From the NCBI GenBank assembly GCA_951406725.2, contig OX597818.1, positions 144,460,001-144,524,000 on the forward strand: a stretch of 64,000 nt of DNA, written 5' to 3'. Positions within the stretch are counted from its first letter, which is position 1. Every line of letters begins with the position of its first letter. The notes beneath the pieces were generated by a model, which saw nothing but the letters and a program-made list of their open reading frames with translations, was not told the DNA's origin and searched no databases. Below are positions 27,199-40,605 of the stretch, piece after piece. The stretch is from Octopus vulgaris (Eukaryota). A program made the position numbers and the translations under genes.

Positions 27199-28474
27199 TT
27201 GCGTTGGCAACTAAGTTCCTGCTGTTTTTTTTTTTAATTTTTGGAATTTATTGCATTTTTAAATTTTGGAATCTGTTTTTTTCAAGAATTCTATTTTTGA
27301 ATCATTTTGGAATCTATTTTGATTTTTTTCTAGTTAATTTTAGTTAATTTTTGTTTATTATCAGATCATTAAAATGGAATGTCAAGTTAAGAAAAACAAG
27401 CATTTTTGACACCTCTTTCTTTTCGCTTTTAATCAAAGTTCTAAGGCCGCAAAAGCTGCTCACGACATTTGTTCTGTGTATGGAGAGGGTGTCATAGCTG
27501 AAAGAACTGCTCGTGATGGGTATGCCAAGTTCAAAAATGGAAATTTTGACCTCAAAGACGCACCTTGTTCTGGCCGTCCAGTTGAGTTCAATGAAGAGCA
27601 ATTAAACCAACTTTTGCACGAAAATTCTTGTCAAATGACAAGGGAATTGGCAGAGAAAATGGAATGCTCCCACACTGCTATAGAGAAGCATCTTCACTTG
27701 ATGGGAAAGGTTCAGAAGTGTGGAGCATGGGTTCCGCATGCTTTAAGTGACAAAAACAAAAATCAACGAGCCACAATCTCTGCTGGTTTGCTTACTCGTC
27801 ACCGCTCAACTCATGGACTTGAGCAACAATTTCTTTACCAAATCATTACTGGTGATGAAAAATGGTGCCTGTACATCAATATGAAGCAGCGTAAGGAATG
27901 GCTTAGCCCCGGTAAACAAGCGACACCGCGCGTGAAACAAGATCTTCATCTGTGCAAAACGATGTTGTGCATATGGTGGGACTGGGAAGGGATTATCCAT
28001 TACGAATTGCTTGAACGGAACCAAACGGTCAACGCGGAGCTCTATGTTCAACGGATGGAATGACTCAACACGGCTATTCAAGAAAAAAGACCTAATCAGC
28101 AGTATGGAATTCTTCTGCTGCATGACAATGCTTGCCCTCATATTGCCAATATGACCAATGAAGCCATTTAAATGCATGGCTGGGAAGTGCTGCCACACCC
28201 ACCATACTCTCCTGATGTGGCACCAACGGATTTCCACCTCTTTTGATCTCTTTCAAATGCTATGCACGGAATTTCATTCAATACTGATGCAGAATTGAAA
28301 GCTTGGTTGGATCATTTCTACCAACGAGGTATTGAAAATCTTGTTGAACGTTGGGAAGAAGTTGTAAACAACAAAGGTGAATACATTATTGATTAATTAG
28401 TTGTTATTTTTTTTATTAAACCTTTTAAAAAAATTAATTAAAAAAAAACAGTGGGAACTTAGTTGCCAACTCAA
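27199..28474 (+). mobile_element. Near full-length mariner (DD34D) with TIRs and TA target duplication
   Basis: TIRs TTGCGTTGGCAACTAAGTTCC / GGAACTTAGTTGCCAACTCAA. TA at 27197-27198 and 28475-28476. Confidence 0.95.
27374..28396 (+). pseudogene. Mariner transposase pseudogene
   Basis: WVPHAL, IITGDEKW, LLHDNACPH and HPPYSPDVAPTDFHLF motifs, with in-frame stops and a frameshift. Confidence 0.95.
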
Positions 28475-28591
28475 TACATAATCACAGTTCTATTATATAT
28501 AAGTCACTTCAAGGTCCATCGGTTCAAAAAGACAAAATTCCTTCTGAATCCAGCTGTCCTTCCAGACGGAATTTTGTCTTTCTGAACCAAT

Positions 28592-28676
28592 GGACCCTGA
28601 AGTGACTTATATATAATAGAACTGTAATTATGTATATCAGAAAAAATATATATATGTCAAAACAATTTGTTGGCCT
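28592..28676 (+). other. Decayed hammerhead-like motif in the fold-back arm (mirror copy in the left arm)
   Basis: GGACC-CTGAAGT-GAC...GTC-AAAAC-AATTT-GTT-GGCC. Layout of stems I-III kept, core positions 9 and 12 non-consensus. Confidence 0.5.
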
Positions 28677-28798
28677 TTTATGGTTTTTATAATTATTTAT
28701 ATAATATTATGTTATGTTATATATTATATTCATACTATTTAATGTAATATTGTAATATAAATAAATTATTGACTGTTAATAGAATATCTCTATATTTA

Positions 28799-28849
<51 letters not shown>

Positions 28850-30175
28850 CATATGCAATGATTCTTACTTTATTAATTTCTTCCAAAATGTATCCACTCT
28901 ACATGAAAAAACTTTCTTAACAGTGAAAATGAAGTCTAAAGCTGTATGAACAACTTCTGTTTTCCCTCATCACCACTCCATAACCCATGACAAAAAAAAT
29001 ATGTTTTAGATATCCTTTGAATATTTTGTAAAGCACTGGAAACATTGTACTTGTAAAAGGTTAATAAAAATACTTTTTATAGAACTTGTTTTCTGTGCCA
29101 GTTGTGGAAAATTTTTTTAATGTATTACATGTGTTCATTCTTAATTTTTTTTTTTTCACTCTCTTGGTTATGTTTCTGCTTTCACAAAAGATAGGACTGA
29201 TAAAAACAGGTTGGAGAGAAATATATTTGTTAGAAAGAAATATCATACACAAAGCATTAAGCTTCTCATCTTTCTCACAGCAAAATATTCAATTTATTTT
29301 TGCTATCTTTATATATTTATTTATTCATTCATTCATATATTTATGTATTTTCTGATAGTTTAGTCAAAGGGAGAAAGGCAGTCTCTAATATTCTTTCAAG
29401 AGTCTCCAAGATTGGTTGAAGGAATGGATAATGTCTTTCCTTGACCAGAGACCTAGCTCCAATACTTGCAACAGAGTGGACTTAGCCAAAGGTACCCAAG
29501 AGTCAGATGGTGGTGTTAAACCAGGCAGCAAATCAAAAGAACAGAAACAGTTTCCAGTAATCAGATTTTACTCACAAAACTTTGGTTGACCCAAGACTAT
29601 GGCAGAAGATATTTGCCTAAGATGCCACACAGTGGGATTGAACATGAAATCACATACTTCTTAGCCCACAGCTATGTTTATTAATACAGAACATCAGTTT
29701 TTCCTGAGAGTGAGTGAGAGAGAGAGAGAGAGAGAGTGCAGCAACACCCAGCTGGTACTCATTTACATTTGAGTAGACATGAGCAACAGGAAATAAAGTG
29801 CATTGCTCATGGTCTAATGCATCTCCTGACCTGGGAAATGAACTCATGACATTATGAGTGTAAGTTAAACCTTCTAACCACTTGATCATACACATTTACA
29901 TGAGATTATAATGAACGAAATATTTCTAATAACAAACTAAAACTCACAATATTTGTCCCCTCTTAAATGTGTATGTCCTGTTAGACCAAACTATAATGCC
30001 ATAGAGAAACTCTTATACTGGCTTTTGAGAGATTGCGCATGGAGCTGCAGAGGAGACATGTGTCTTTGACCAAAGCCAGGCAGGAACTAAGCTGTTTCTA
30101 CAGTGTAGCTCAGAACCAGGCTACTGTATCAAAGCCAGGCTTCATTGACATATTCGTCTACTGTGAAGGTTCACT

Positions 30176-30915
30176 CACATATTACTAATGTAATATGGAG
30201 CTCTGCTACACACTCTTTTTCATATCATTAGCAGAGAGATAAATCTCTGCTATCTCCAGTGCTGAGGCCACCAGATCACATATTTTCAACTTACCTTGGT
30301 CTTGTTATTGATGACTGTTTGACTGCTAGAAGTAGCAGTAACTCGTCTGCCTGCCAGCAATATATAGGAAAACAGTGCCAGAACAGGTGCTGGTATCATA
30401 ATTAGCCAGTGAGCTTGTTAAAAATATATATGTTATTGGCAGAGGGAGCATTAGTACTGAGAGGTAATATTTATCCCCACTTAAGTATGGATGCTTTGCT
30501 AGAACAAACTATATTGTGGTAGATATCATGAGAGAAACTTTCATATACGGCCTCTGTCACTAATATATATTTTTTAACAAGCTCACCAGCACCTGTTCTG
30601 GCACTGTTTTTCCATATATTGCTGGCAAGGAGTTGAGTTGCTGCTATCTCTAGCAGTTGAGTGGCCATCATTGACAAGACCAAGGAAAGTCAAAATCACA
30701 TGATCTGGTAGGCTCAGTGTTGGAGATCGCAGGGATTTTATCTCCCCACTAATTATACAAGCAACAGCGCATGTTGCACCAAAAGCTAATATGAGGGTTT
30801 CTCTCATGGTATCTATTGCAGTATAGTTTGTTCTAATAGAACATCTACGTTTAAGTGGGGATAAATTTAACCTCTTGGTATTAATAATGCCTCTATTGCT
30901 AACATATATTTTTAA
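30176..30915. repeat. Old inverted duplication with permuted block order
   Basis: 30238-30430 is inversely repeated at 30561-30742, and 30416-30545 at ~30790-30915. Confidence 0.8.
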
Positions 30916-31339
30916 TAAAATCTCAGAATATACAATACAAGTACAAGGCAAAACAATATAGACAATAGAGATACAACAATAGATAATATAGATACAAGAT
31001 AAGGCCATACAATATAAACAGAACATAAAGCCATACAAAACTTTACCCTTGGCAGAAAAATATATTATGTAAATATCCACAGTAGAATGGGTGTAATTGT
31101 TTGTTTTGGCACAGTACATCAAAGTGTGAATTAATATTTGTCAGTGATGTTCTTAAGGGAATTTCTATTGCTTTTATTGGTGTATAGTATTTTGTCTTCA
31201 CTGCCATTAAAGTGGAAAAGGTAAATTCACATAGATAAACAAAGAGAAAAGACAGAAGAGTTGCCATTGCTAATTCAGATAGTATTGGAAATTGATTCCA
31301 TATTCAGCCAGAAACTACTTAAGTTTGTTAATGAATATA

Positions 31340-32647
31340 TTGGTTCATCCCATAAATAATTTGGTTTTTTATACTTCTTTTATTTTTCAATGCTCTTCCA
31401 TCTATCAGGTAGACTTGCAAGGCCCCTCTTTCAAAATTCATTTGTTCATGATGAAAAATACTCCTCCAGTTCTGTTCTGACCATGTCTACAGGATTCATA
31501 TTTTTTTCCATCCAAATGATTTTGAAAACTGCAGAATAAATGATAATCAGATGGGACAATGTCTGGTGAATATGGTGGGTGGGGCATTGTTCCCCATTTA
31601 AACTGCTCCAGCCTTTGGAATGTCATCCTTGCTGTATATGACTGAGCATTATCCTGATGGAAGAACACCAATAAAAGCAATAGAAATTCATTTAAGAACA
31701 TCACTGACAAATATTAATTCACACTTTGATGTGTTGTGCCAGAACAAACAATTACACCCATTCTACTGTGGATATTTACATAATATATTTTTTATCTTGA
31801 AACCAAAGATGGCTGTTTCTTCTAGTACTGATTTAGGCCACTCAAGCTGCTTGCAGCAGATCTCCTTTGATATCATTTGGTTTGGGTTCAAAAGTTCAAA
31901 GTGGACTAAACCTTTCATATCCCACCAAACAGACAACACCTTACGAGGGTGAAGACCACCTTTAGCCTAGGGTGCTAGCGTTTCTCCTTTTCCTGCTCAC
32001 TGTCTTCAGTGCTTGACATTTTTATAGAGAATCCATTCCTCATCACCAGTCACTATTCAGTCCAAAACGGGTTCATTTGTGAGACATGACAGTAAAGAAG
32101 AGCAAACATTCACTCTCTGTGTGCAATTAGACTCGGAAAGTTTGTGAGGAACCCAATGATGCAATTTGCTGACTTTTCCAGGAGCATGTAGGTGTTGATG
32201 AATGGTTGAATGACCAAATCCAAGCTTCTCTGCTAGTTCCTCAACAGTTATAATGGGATTTTTTTCCACTAGGGTTTGTATGATGTCCTTGTTGAGCTCT
32301 ACAGATCTTCCAGGACAAGACTCGTCTTCTAGGCTGTACTTACCAGCTCGGAATATTTGGAACTGCCGTTGACACTGGCTTATTGTCCGATCCCCATATA
32401 CTGCATTAATATTCCCTGCACTTTCTGTTGCTTTGTTGCCTTTATTGAACTCATAAAACCAAATATGCTGAATATGGTCCTTTGTCACTTCCATTATTGC
32501 TTTGAAAAAATAACCTCAAAACTTGCACTAAGAATAAGGACAAGGTAAAATTACTTCTTTTATAGCAAGTTGATGCAGGTAGTTTATTCCCCTCCAACTT
32601 TTAGTTCATGCAATTGAGAAAACTGCATTATTTATGGGATGACCCAA
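31340..32647 (-). mobile_element. Mariner element (second family), decayed, with TIRs and TA duplication
   Basis: TIRs TTGGTTCATCCCATAAATAAT / ATTATTTATGGGATGACCCAA. MEVTKDHIQH...WVPHKLS and FHQDNA...HPPYSPDIVPSDYHLF. Confidence 0.93.
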
Positions 32648-34199
32648 TAGAAGCTTCTGACTTGAATCTCATGACAGCACTGCAAATTTTTCTTGAGGCT
32701 TCAAGAAAAGATATTTCACCTGTTCCATTGCTACAATGAAAAAACTTTGGATACAATTTAATTTATAATTATCTGCAGTAGAAATTATTTTGAGAACTGT
32801 TCTTCCTTACGTCAAAATGCTTAATTATGATTTATTTTAATTAAATTATTTTCACAGATAAAAATAAGTTTATGAAAACATTTCAAATTCATTATTTTGT
32901 TCTACATGGGTTTATTATTTATTTTTCATGAATGCTTCTATTTAACCTTTCAAAGTGAAAATGTTTGTGTTCTCAGCTTGCAGAGATATCGAATTTGCCT
33001 CTCAACTAGCATAATTTGCAAAGTCAATTCTCCTTATCAAAGAATTATGCAAGACTAGTTATTTTCTCTTAAAAACAACATTATTTATTTCCTTCCTTTA
33101 TAGTTTACCAGTCATTTCAAAACTCAATATTTTGACAAGCATCACATTTCTACAAGTGAAAATTTGGCTCTTTATCATAGCATAGACCTGTGAATTAATG
33201 GCTATTCCGTGTATGAATGGGTGATAACTTTATTTTCTGTCTTTATTTCTATCTTTATTTTCTTTCTTTTTTTTTTTAATACTGAAAAGGCTTTTCTTAC
33301 CGTTTTGTGTAGTGCCAAAAAATTGGCCTAAATTTGTATGGATGGCAGGAAGGGGGTTGAAAAAAAATCATGAATTTTCAAAAAATCGTTTCATGGAAAC
33401 TTTCCACTCCTCATCATTTTGAAGGCCATTGAGAAAAAGACAAAAAAATAAAATGGAAAAATATGTGTCGAAACAGAAAATTCAACTTCTGTGGTCATCC
33501 TGATCTGAAACTCCACTGTTGTTCAAGTTTGTTATAGGGAATTTCTGAAATACTTTTGTATTCCATTTTTAAAATCAAATAATTCAGGCTAAAGTTAAAT
33601 ATCATTTGATGATGGGATTTTTTTCTTATTTCAACCGCATAGGTTTTTCTGTAAATAATTTTGGTTATTCCACCTGCCACAACTGCACAAATATTCAAGC
33701 TGCAGACATGTTACACAAGCAAATCTTGGCCTCGCTTTTTTTTTTTTTATTTTGAAAGAATACTAAAACCTTAGCAAATTCTTTTTTTTTTTGAAAACAC
33801 ACTTGTTCGAGGAAAATACTTAAAAGTAATCTTCAGAAACCCCAAACTTAATTATAAGAACTAGGAAACCATTCAAAATTACCAGGCTAAAGGCAGATAG
33901 AATCATTTATAGAAAAAGTCTTCCTGTGATTTATTTCAAGGTTTTTTTTGCATAAGAAACATGTCTTTTAATTTGACAGGCTTCATCCTGTCATTTGGCA
34001 TATATCTATTACAAATTCTACAGACTAAGCAGTGCTCTTCATGCATAAGAAAAAAAGGAATTCCATATTGCAAAATAAATTTGTTGTACTTCCTTTTTCC
34101 TGTTCAGCTCAGTTTCTGATTCATGTTATTGAATCTGGGTTGCATAGGAATTATCACTTTGGCATTATTTTTATGCTTAGTATTTTTAACAAATTTAAC

Positions 34200-34935
34200 C
34201 ATTTATAGAAAAATTGGTTAATGTTGACATTATTACCTGGAAACGAAATACAAAAAAAAAAAGGTGCAGAAAACGAAATTGAAAAAAAAAAGTGTAGAAA
34301 ACGAATCTGAAAGCAAAAATGTGCGGAGAGCAATGGGGAGTGGGTGGTGGTGGTGGGGGGGGGGCTTTGGAAAATTCACAAGATCCAATGTTTTTCCCTC
34401 ATAACATCTAGGAAAATGTTGTTTTTTTTTAATGAAATTTTATATAAATTCCTTTCAAATTACAATTATAAAGAAATTTGTGGTGAAAATCTTTTCTGAG
34501 AGGGTGGGGAGAGGACTTTGGAAAATTCACAAGATCCAATTTTTTTCCCTCATAACTTTGATGAAAATGGATATCTTTCTACTTCACACCCACATAGGAA
34601 ACATCGGATCTTGTGAATTTTCCAAAGTCCTCTCCCCATCTCCCCGGAAAAGATTTTCACCACAAATTTCTTTATAATCATAATCTATACTGTTTGAAAG
34701 GTATTTATATAAAATTTCATTAGGAAAAACCTATTTTACTAAAAGTGATGAAGGAAAAAACATCAGATCTTGTGAATTTTCCGAAGGCCTCCCCCCACCC
34801 CATTGCTCTCTGCACATTTTTGCTTTCAGATCCATTTTCTACACCATTTTTCACACCCACTGCACTATTTTCTTTTTGATTTTGTTTCTGGGTAATAATG
34901 TCAAAATTAACCGAAATGTTTTCTTGTGGATAAAA
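34200..34935. mobile_element. Foldback/MITE-like element with ~340-bp imperfect arms and internal subrepeats
   Basis: 34215-34545 mirrored by 34600-34912. Each arm holds two copies of (T/C)GGAAAATTCACAAGATC. Confidence 0.8.
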
Positions 34936-35076
34936 CATTCTAATAAAGAAAGCAAATACATATTAGTATTCACCATGGAAGTCTCCGCAGTTCTCAAATA
35001 ATATGTAAGGCCCTCCTCCAGGACATTCTGTGACATAGTTTGAGAAACTGGGACATAAATAGCAATTATATTAATA

Positions 35077-35629
35077 ACTAGCTGACCCCGTGCTATCAAA
35101 AATGACGGCTAATTGCAGTATTTTATGCATAAATAAGATACAAAGTAAGCTAACATAATAATCACAGATACAAATATTCACCTCCTTCCCTTGTACACAC
35201 ACATACATATACTCACACAGAGTTGAAATGCTGTTTGATTTTACTTTTCAGTGTTGAACGTTTACCATCCCATTTCTATTGCACACATAGACACATACTC
35301 ACACAGAGATGAAATGCTGATTTTAATTTTTTTTACCCCTTCCTTCGTTATTCACCTATCACCCCTTCCTTTCTCATTCATATGTTGTGATGGAGAAAAA
35401 CAGACGATACACAACGTGCTCTTTGCCACTTCCTCTCTCTCATTGCTATTACTTTTTCTCACTCCCTAACCCTCAGTCAGGTCTATTACTCTCACTACTT
35501 CTCCTTCACTGAGTTCGTATTTTCTCTTCTCTCCCTTCACTTATACTACTTTGTGTGATTTTGGACAAATGTGTCTTCTATCTATCTATCTATCTATGTA
35601 TCTATCTATCTATCTATCTGTCTGTCTGC

Positions 35630-35660
<31 letters not shown>

Positions 35661-35960
35661 AAGATGAGAATGTGTGTGTGCGTGTATGTCTGTCTGTATG
35701 CGTGAATCCGTAAAACTCGAGAACTACACAATTGATTTTATTCAAATTTTACACATGCCTTACTTAGGGTCCATGCAGTGTCATGGGTCAAAAAAATTTT
35801 TCAACTTCTTACCGAATGCCAGCCCAGAGCAGTCTCTTATCTCTTACACTATTTCAGTATTACATGTTAAAAGTGAAGCAATAACATCTCTATTGTGATG
35901 TGAGATACTTTGAGTTTAATAGTTTCACTATTAATACTGAAACTATTAAAGTGAAACTAT
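35077..35960. mobile_element. Helitron-like non-autonomous fragments
   Basis: Minus-strand 3' end CCGT...ACGG hairpin plus CTAG-T at ~35077-35110. A plus-strand 5'-type segment TCTAAAGATGAGAATGTGTG starts at ~35655. Confidence 0.45.
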
Positions 35961-36214
35961 TATCTCACATATATATCTCACATGTATACATGCATACATA
36001 TATACATACATACATGCATACATATATATATATACATTTATATTATGTATATATCTATATACATCTGCACATCTGTATATATATAGATATATATGTATAG
36101 ATGTATATATATACATGTGTGTATGTGTGCAATGGAAATGGGATGGTGAAGGAGAAGTAGTGAGAGTAATAGACCTGACTGAGGGTTAGAGAGTGAGAAA
36201 AATATATGTATGCA

Positions 36215-36285
<71 letters not shown>

Positions 36286-36849
36286 CTATATACTTCGTCA
36301 TGGCTTAATAACCCCTACCATTTATTTTTATTGTTTTGTTCTTACTGTCCTATTTTTGTTACCACTTTAACCCTCCACAAAATTCTAAATTTTATTTAAT
36401 TTGCTTTGCAGGAAGGACTGTTTTAACAAAGTTGTGTCTTGTCCCAACGTTCGAAACACTGAGTAGATAAAACAGGGGACAACTGATGAAGTGATTGTTC
36501 TTTATGTTGCCTGTCTCGTTTCGCTATTTGTTTCTTTCGTTGTTTGAAAAATGCATATACATATATTATTTATATTATATTATATTTATATATATATGTA
36601 TACATCTGCACATATGTATGTATATAGATGTATAAATACATGTATATATATAGATTTATATGTTTATATATGTATATATGTATGTATATATAGATGTATA
36701 TGTAATGTGTACACACATGTATAATGCATACATATATTTATACATACACACACACATATATACTTATATGTTTATACATATATACATCTACATACATATA
36801 CATACATGCATACAAATATATATATATATATTTAAAAAAAATTTTTTTT

Positions 36850-37320
36850 TTTCTAGTTTCAGCTCGGAGCTGCGGCCATGCTGATGCACCGCCGTTTTGT
36901 GCTACACTGTTATTACGACGAACCTCGTCTAATATGTGGCACTTGGTGAAGAATGGAGTTTGATACAGCTACTCTCATTTGCACCTCTTGCCGTGAGGTA
37001 GGTTCATCTGGGACTCTTGACAGGAAGATGTCCAGTTTTGATTTACTTTTTGCAAGTTTCTCAGACTCTTTGGGAGAATATTAAAAAGCTGTGGGCCCTT
37101 GAAACCCAGGCTGTTGTAGAAGCTGGTCCTGAAGCGTGATGGCATTGCTGGGATCTTTGGCACTATGCAGTGTCGTCCCGTTCTAGCATTGGTGTAGCTT
37201 ACAATGCCAAAATTTGGCACAATTCCTTCCAGGATCTTCCAGACATATATTACTGCATACCTCTCCCGTCTTCTCTCCAGGGAGTAGAGTCTTAGCTGTT
37301 TCAACCTTTCCCAGTAGCTG
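36850..37320 (-). mobile_element. CR1/L2-group LINE 3' end
   Basis: SYWERLKQLRLYSLERRRERYAVIYVWKILEG, with tail GGCGGTGCATCAGCATGGCCGCAG. Confidence 0.88.
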
Positions 37321-37409
37321 TATGTATATATATGTAAATGTATGTGTATCTTTGTTTGTGTCTCATCACTGCTTGACAACTGGCGTTGGTTTATTTACAT
37401 CTCCATAAA

Positions 37410-37482
<73 letters not shown>

Positions 37483-39983
37483 CACACAAATATGTAAAAA
37501 CACTACACTCGTTATTATATTAGGAGATATCTATCGCAGTGTCATCATCAGATTTTATAAATCTCTTTGTATTTAGACCCACAAGGCCCTGAGCGTAGGT
37601 TAGAAAACCTGGAAGTTATTAACAAACTTTGTTAGGAATGTGGTTACTAGCAATCTGAGAACCAAACTTTCAGTGGCCTGACGAAAACTAGTACAAAATG
37701 CTTTGTGGTATCTACTTACAGCTTTTTTTAGGTTCTAAGTTCAAATTCCTTTAAGATTAACTTTGCTTTTCGTCCTCCTAGGCTCAATAAAATCATTCTA
37801 GTACTGAGGTCGATATTACACAACTTTCCTCTCGCCACTAAATGTGTGGTCTTGTGCCAATGTTACAAATCAATAAAACCAACTTACAGACCTCCCTACA
37901 CTTCTTTCTTATTTCAATTATTTCTTTTAACATTCAAAAGACTCCCAGAATAGCGATGTAAACCATTAAAATGATCAGAAGATAAAGGTAAAACAACACG
38001 AAGCAAAAAAGTAAAAACAGGGCAATTTGTCGTGGTAGAAAGCTAATTTTTACATATAATCGAATCAATCATTTCTGATTTATTACTCATCATTACTTGT
38101 ACATATAATATCGACTCAATTGCGGGTCGAACTAAGAACAGAAAGAGACAGATCTGAAAACAGGAATATATTTAATCCGATGCTTTAATATTTCGATCAT
38201 TTCCATCACTTTAGATGAGGCTGTAGTTATGATTACTCCCAGTTTTTATTAATTCAATTAAATAATTAATCAGAATTACGTTTATTCCAAATTAGCCTAC
38301 ATCTATGAACCAAAAGCTATTTTGCGAGGAATATTGATTAAATTTAAAAGCATTCTTAAAAGAGATATTTAAAATATCACATAGCCCACAAAATAAGCGG
38401 TTTTACACACAAAATATGTCAATTGTATGAATGAAGAACTCTAGTATAACCTCTGAACAGTATGCTCATGTTTTAAAAAAAAACACTAGTCGTTAAATGG
38501 AAAAGTTTTAATATCTTTGCTATTCTACAAAATCGCAAACTTGAATTTCGAAATGAACATTAATCTTCAATCATTTGTATTAATAAAAAATTCTTGTATG
38601 GTTTGAAACTTTCTCACAAAAGTCTAAATGGTTCAGAAAACCAAGCTACAAAATTCTTATTTGAATTTAATGACCAGAGAAGGACATTTCTTCAAGAGAA
38701 AAGTAATAAAAAAAAAAGAAAAGAAAAAGAAAAATGTCCAGTGAAATGCAGGCTTGATTTCTTCAAAATATATGCTTTGCAAACTGGCAAACGAAAAACA
38801 GTTTTTTATCCTGCGCATCATACAGGTCAATCCCGATCAAGTAGACTCATGATCAACGATGTGTCACTCTTGGGTTGTACAGTCGTTTAGATGTTGCGTA
38901 ATTGGAACTAAATTATCTAATATGCCCTTTCTTTTTAAGGTGTGATTTGATGGGAAATTGACTGCAATTTCTAGCATATCAAATGACCACATAGGGGCCC
39001 CTTCATTGTAGTTACCAAGGTAAAAATAAATAAATAACCGAATATCCAGTCTTTGGTGGCGCATCAGTACGACTAAGTCAAGAAAATGCTACGAATCATC
39101 TCAAAAACAGAAAACTTCTTGATGTGAATGATAGTTGTGTATTTTGAATGCATGGCTGTACGTATTTATGTAACACGATTTTATAATTATGGTTAAATCA
39201 AAAGAAAAATAAGAGATAACAATGAAAACAACCGAATATTTGGGAACTCGATTTTATTTTGCAGATAAGAAACAATAACAGAAAGTTTGTTATTGTCATA
39301 ATAATTAAATGATAACGCAATGTGCTTGTGTGTGCAAGGCAAATTACATACGTAAGTACATCCGTATGTACTTACCTACCTACATATATATCGTGATAAA
39401 GGACCTTTCAAGTGAGGAACGGTAAAATTTAACAGTAGTTAAACAGAGCTGAAGAGTATAGCTTGGACTCCTTTTAAGAATAGGTTTGAAAACACTACAC
39501 TTAGTCTCAGCAATGTAAAACAATCCCATGGATGAAAAAAAAAAAACAGTAAAAGCAAAATAAAAAAAGGTTGGTTCTTAAGACCATCGGTATTATATCC
39601 CTTAAATTGGTCCTTTAAGTCATTGTCTCGCATGTCAGCAATTAGTGGTTACTCTCCATCCAATCTTTTGTATATGTGATTGTAGAATAAAGAAGGGGTA
39701 AAGGTGAGGTGGAGTGGGGGAAAAAAGAGAGTTGTGAAGGGTCTTTTAAAGAAATTTGTGAGGGTATATATATGCATGGGTGTGTGTAAACGCTGGGTAT
39801 GTAGGAAATTCCCTTTATGGTGAGAGGATTTCCAATGAGGCAAGAGCTAGCCGGTTTTCTTTTACGGCACCCTGTGAAACTCGTGAACCGGATGCAGTAT
39901 TTTCAGATGTCTTGTAACTTACCTTTGAAACTTGGAAGGCTCTTTAGCACGAAACTGCTTTTTCTCAGACTTGTTATATAACT

Positions 39984-40014
<31 letters not shown>

Positions 40015-40605
40015 TACATACACAAAGAGGAAGACTGTACCGAAAGTAATGCAAAATCGAATATAACTTTATTCTTAACTGATCGAGGTCTGTAGTGAAC
40101 AGCTAAAGAACACCTAAGCTAAGATTCGAAAATGAATCCACATTTTTCCTCTTGTCAAACAAGTTCTCGGTCCATTGTCTTAGCCTATCTGCACTAGGAG
40201 ATTAATGTGAATAGATTGACCTCCTAGACCTTTTCCGAGGCATTCACGGTTCAAACCTGATATTGTGAAGAATCCTATCGTATTTATAATTTGGCTGTGA
40301 TTATAAATACACAGCCAAATATCAGTCGATTTCTTTCAGTTATCCAGCGTCTGGCTGGGGAGCAAGTTTTCTCTTTCTCTTTGTGATCGAACCGTCTCCA
40401 GTCGAAGAGCATGTCTGTCTTCCACACTTCAGATATGTCCTGTCATGAGCGCGAGAGCACAACTGTTACCCTATCTGCATACATTCCTTTTGCTCTGTCT
40501 TTTTTGCTAGCTACCACTGAGATGAAACTACTAACCATCATATACAATGGACTGGAGATCTACAAACAAACTGTGCACTCATAAACAACTCGACGAAGTT
40601 GTATA

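Larger units (their letters stand above)
27030..28805. repeat. Fold-back element (arms ~240-250 bp) near (TA)n, left arm split by a mariner
   Basis: 27030-27198 plus 28477-28548 is the reverse complement of ~28563-28805. Centre near 28555. Confidence 0.9.
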
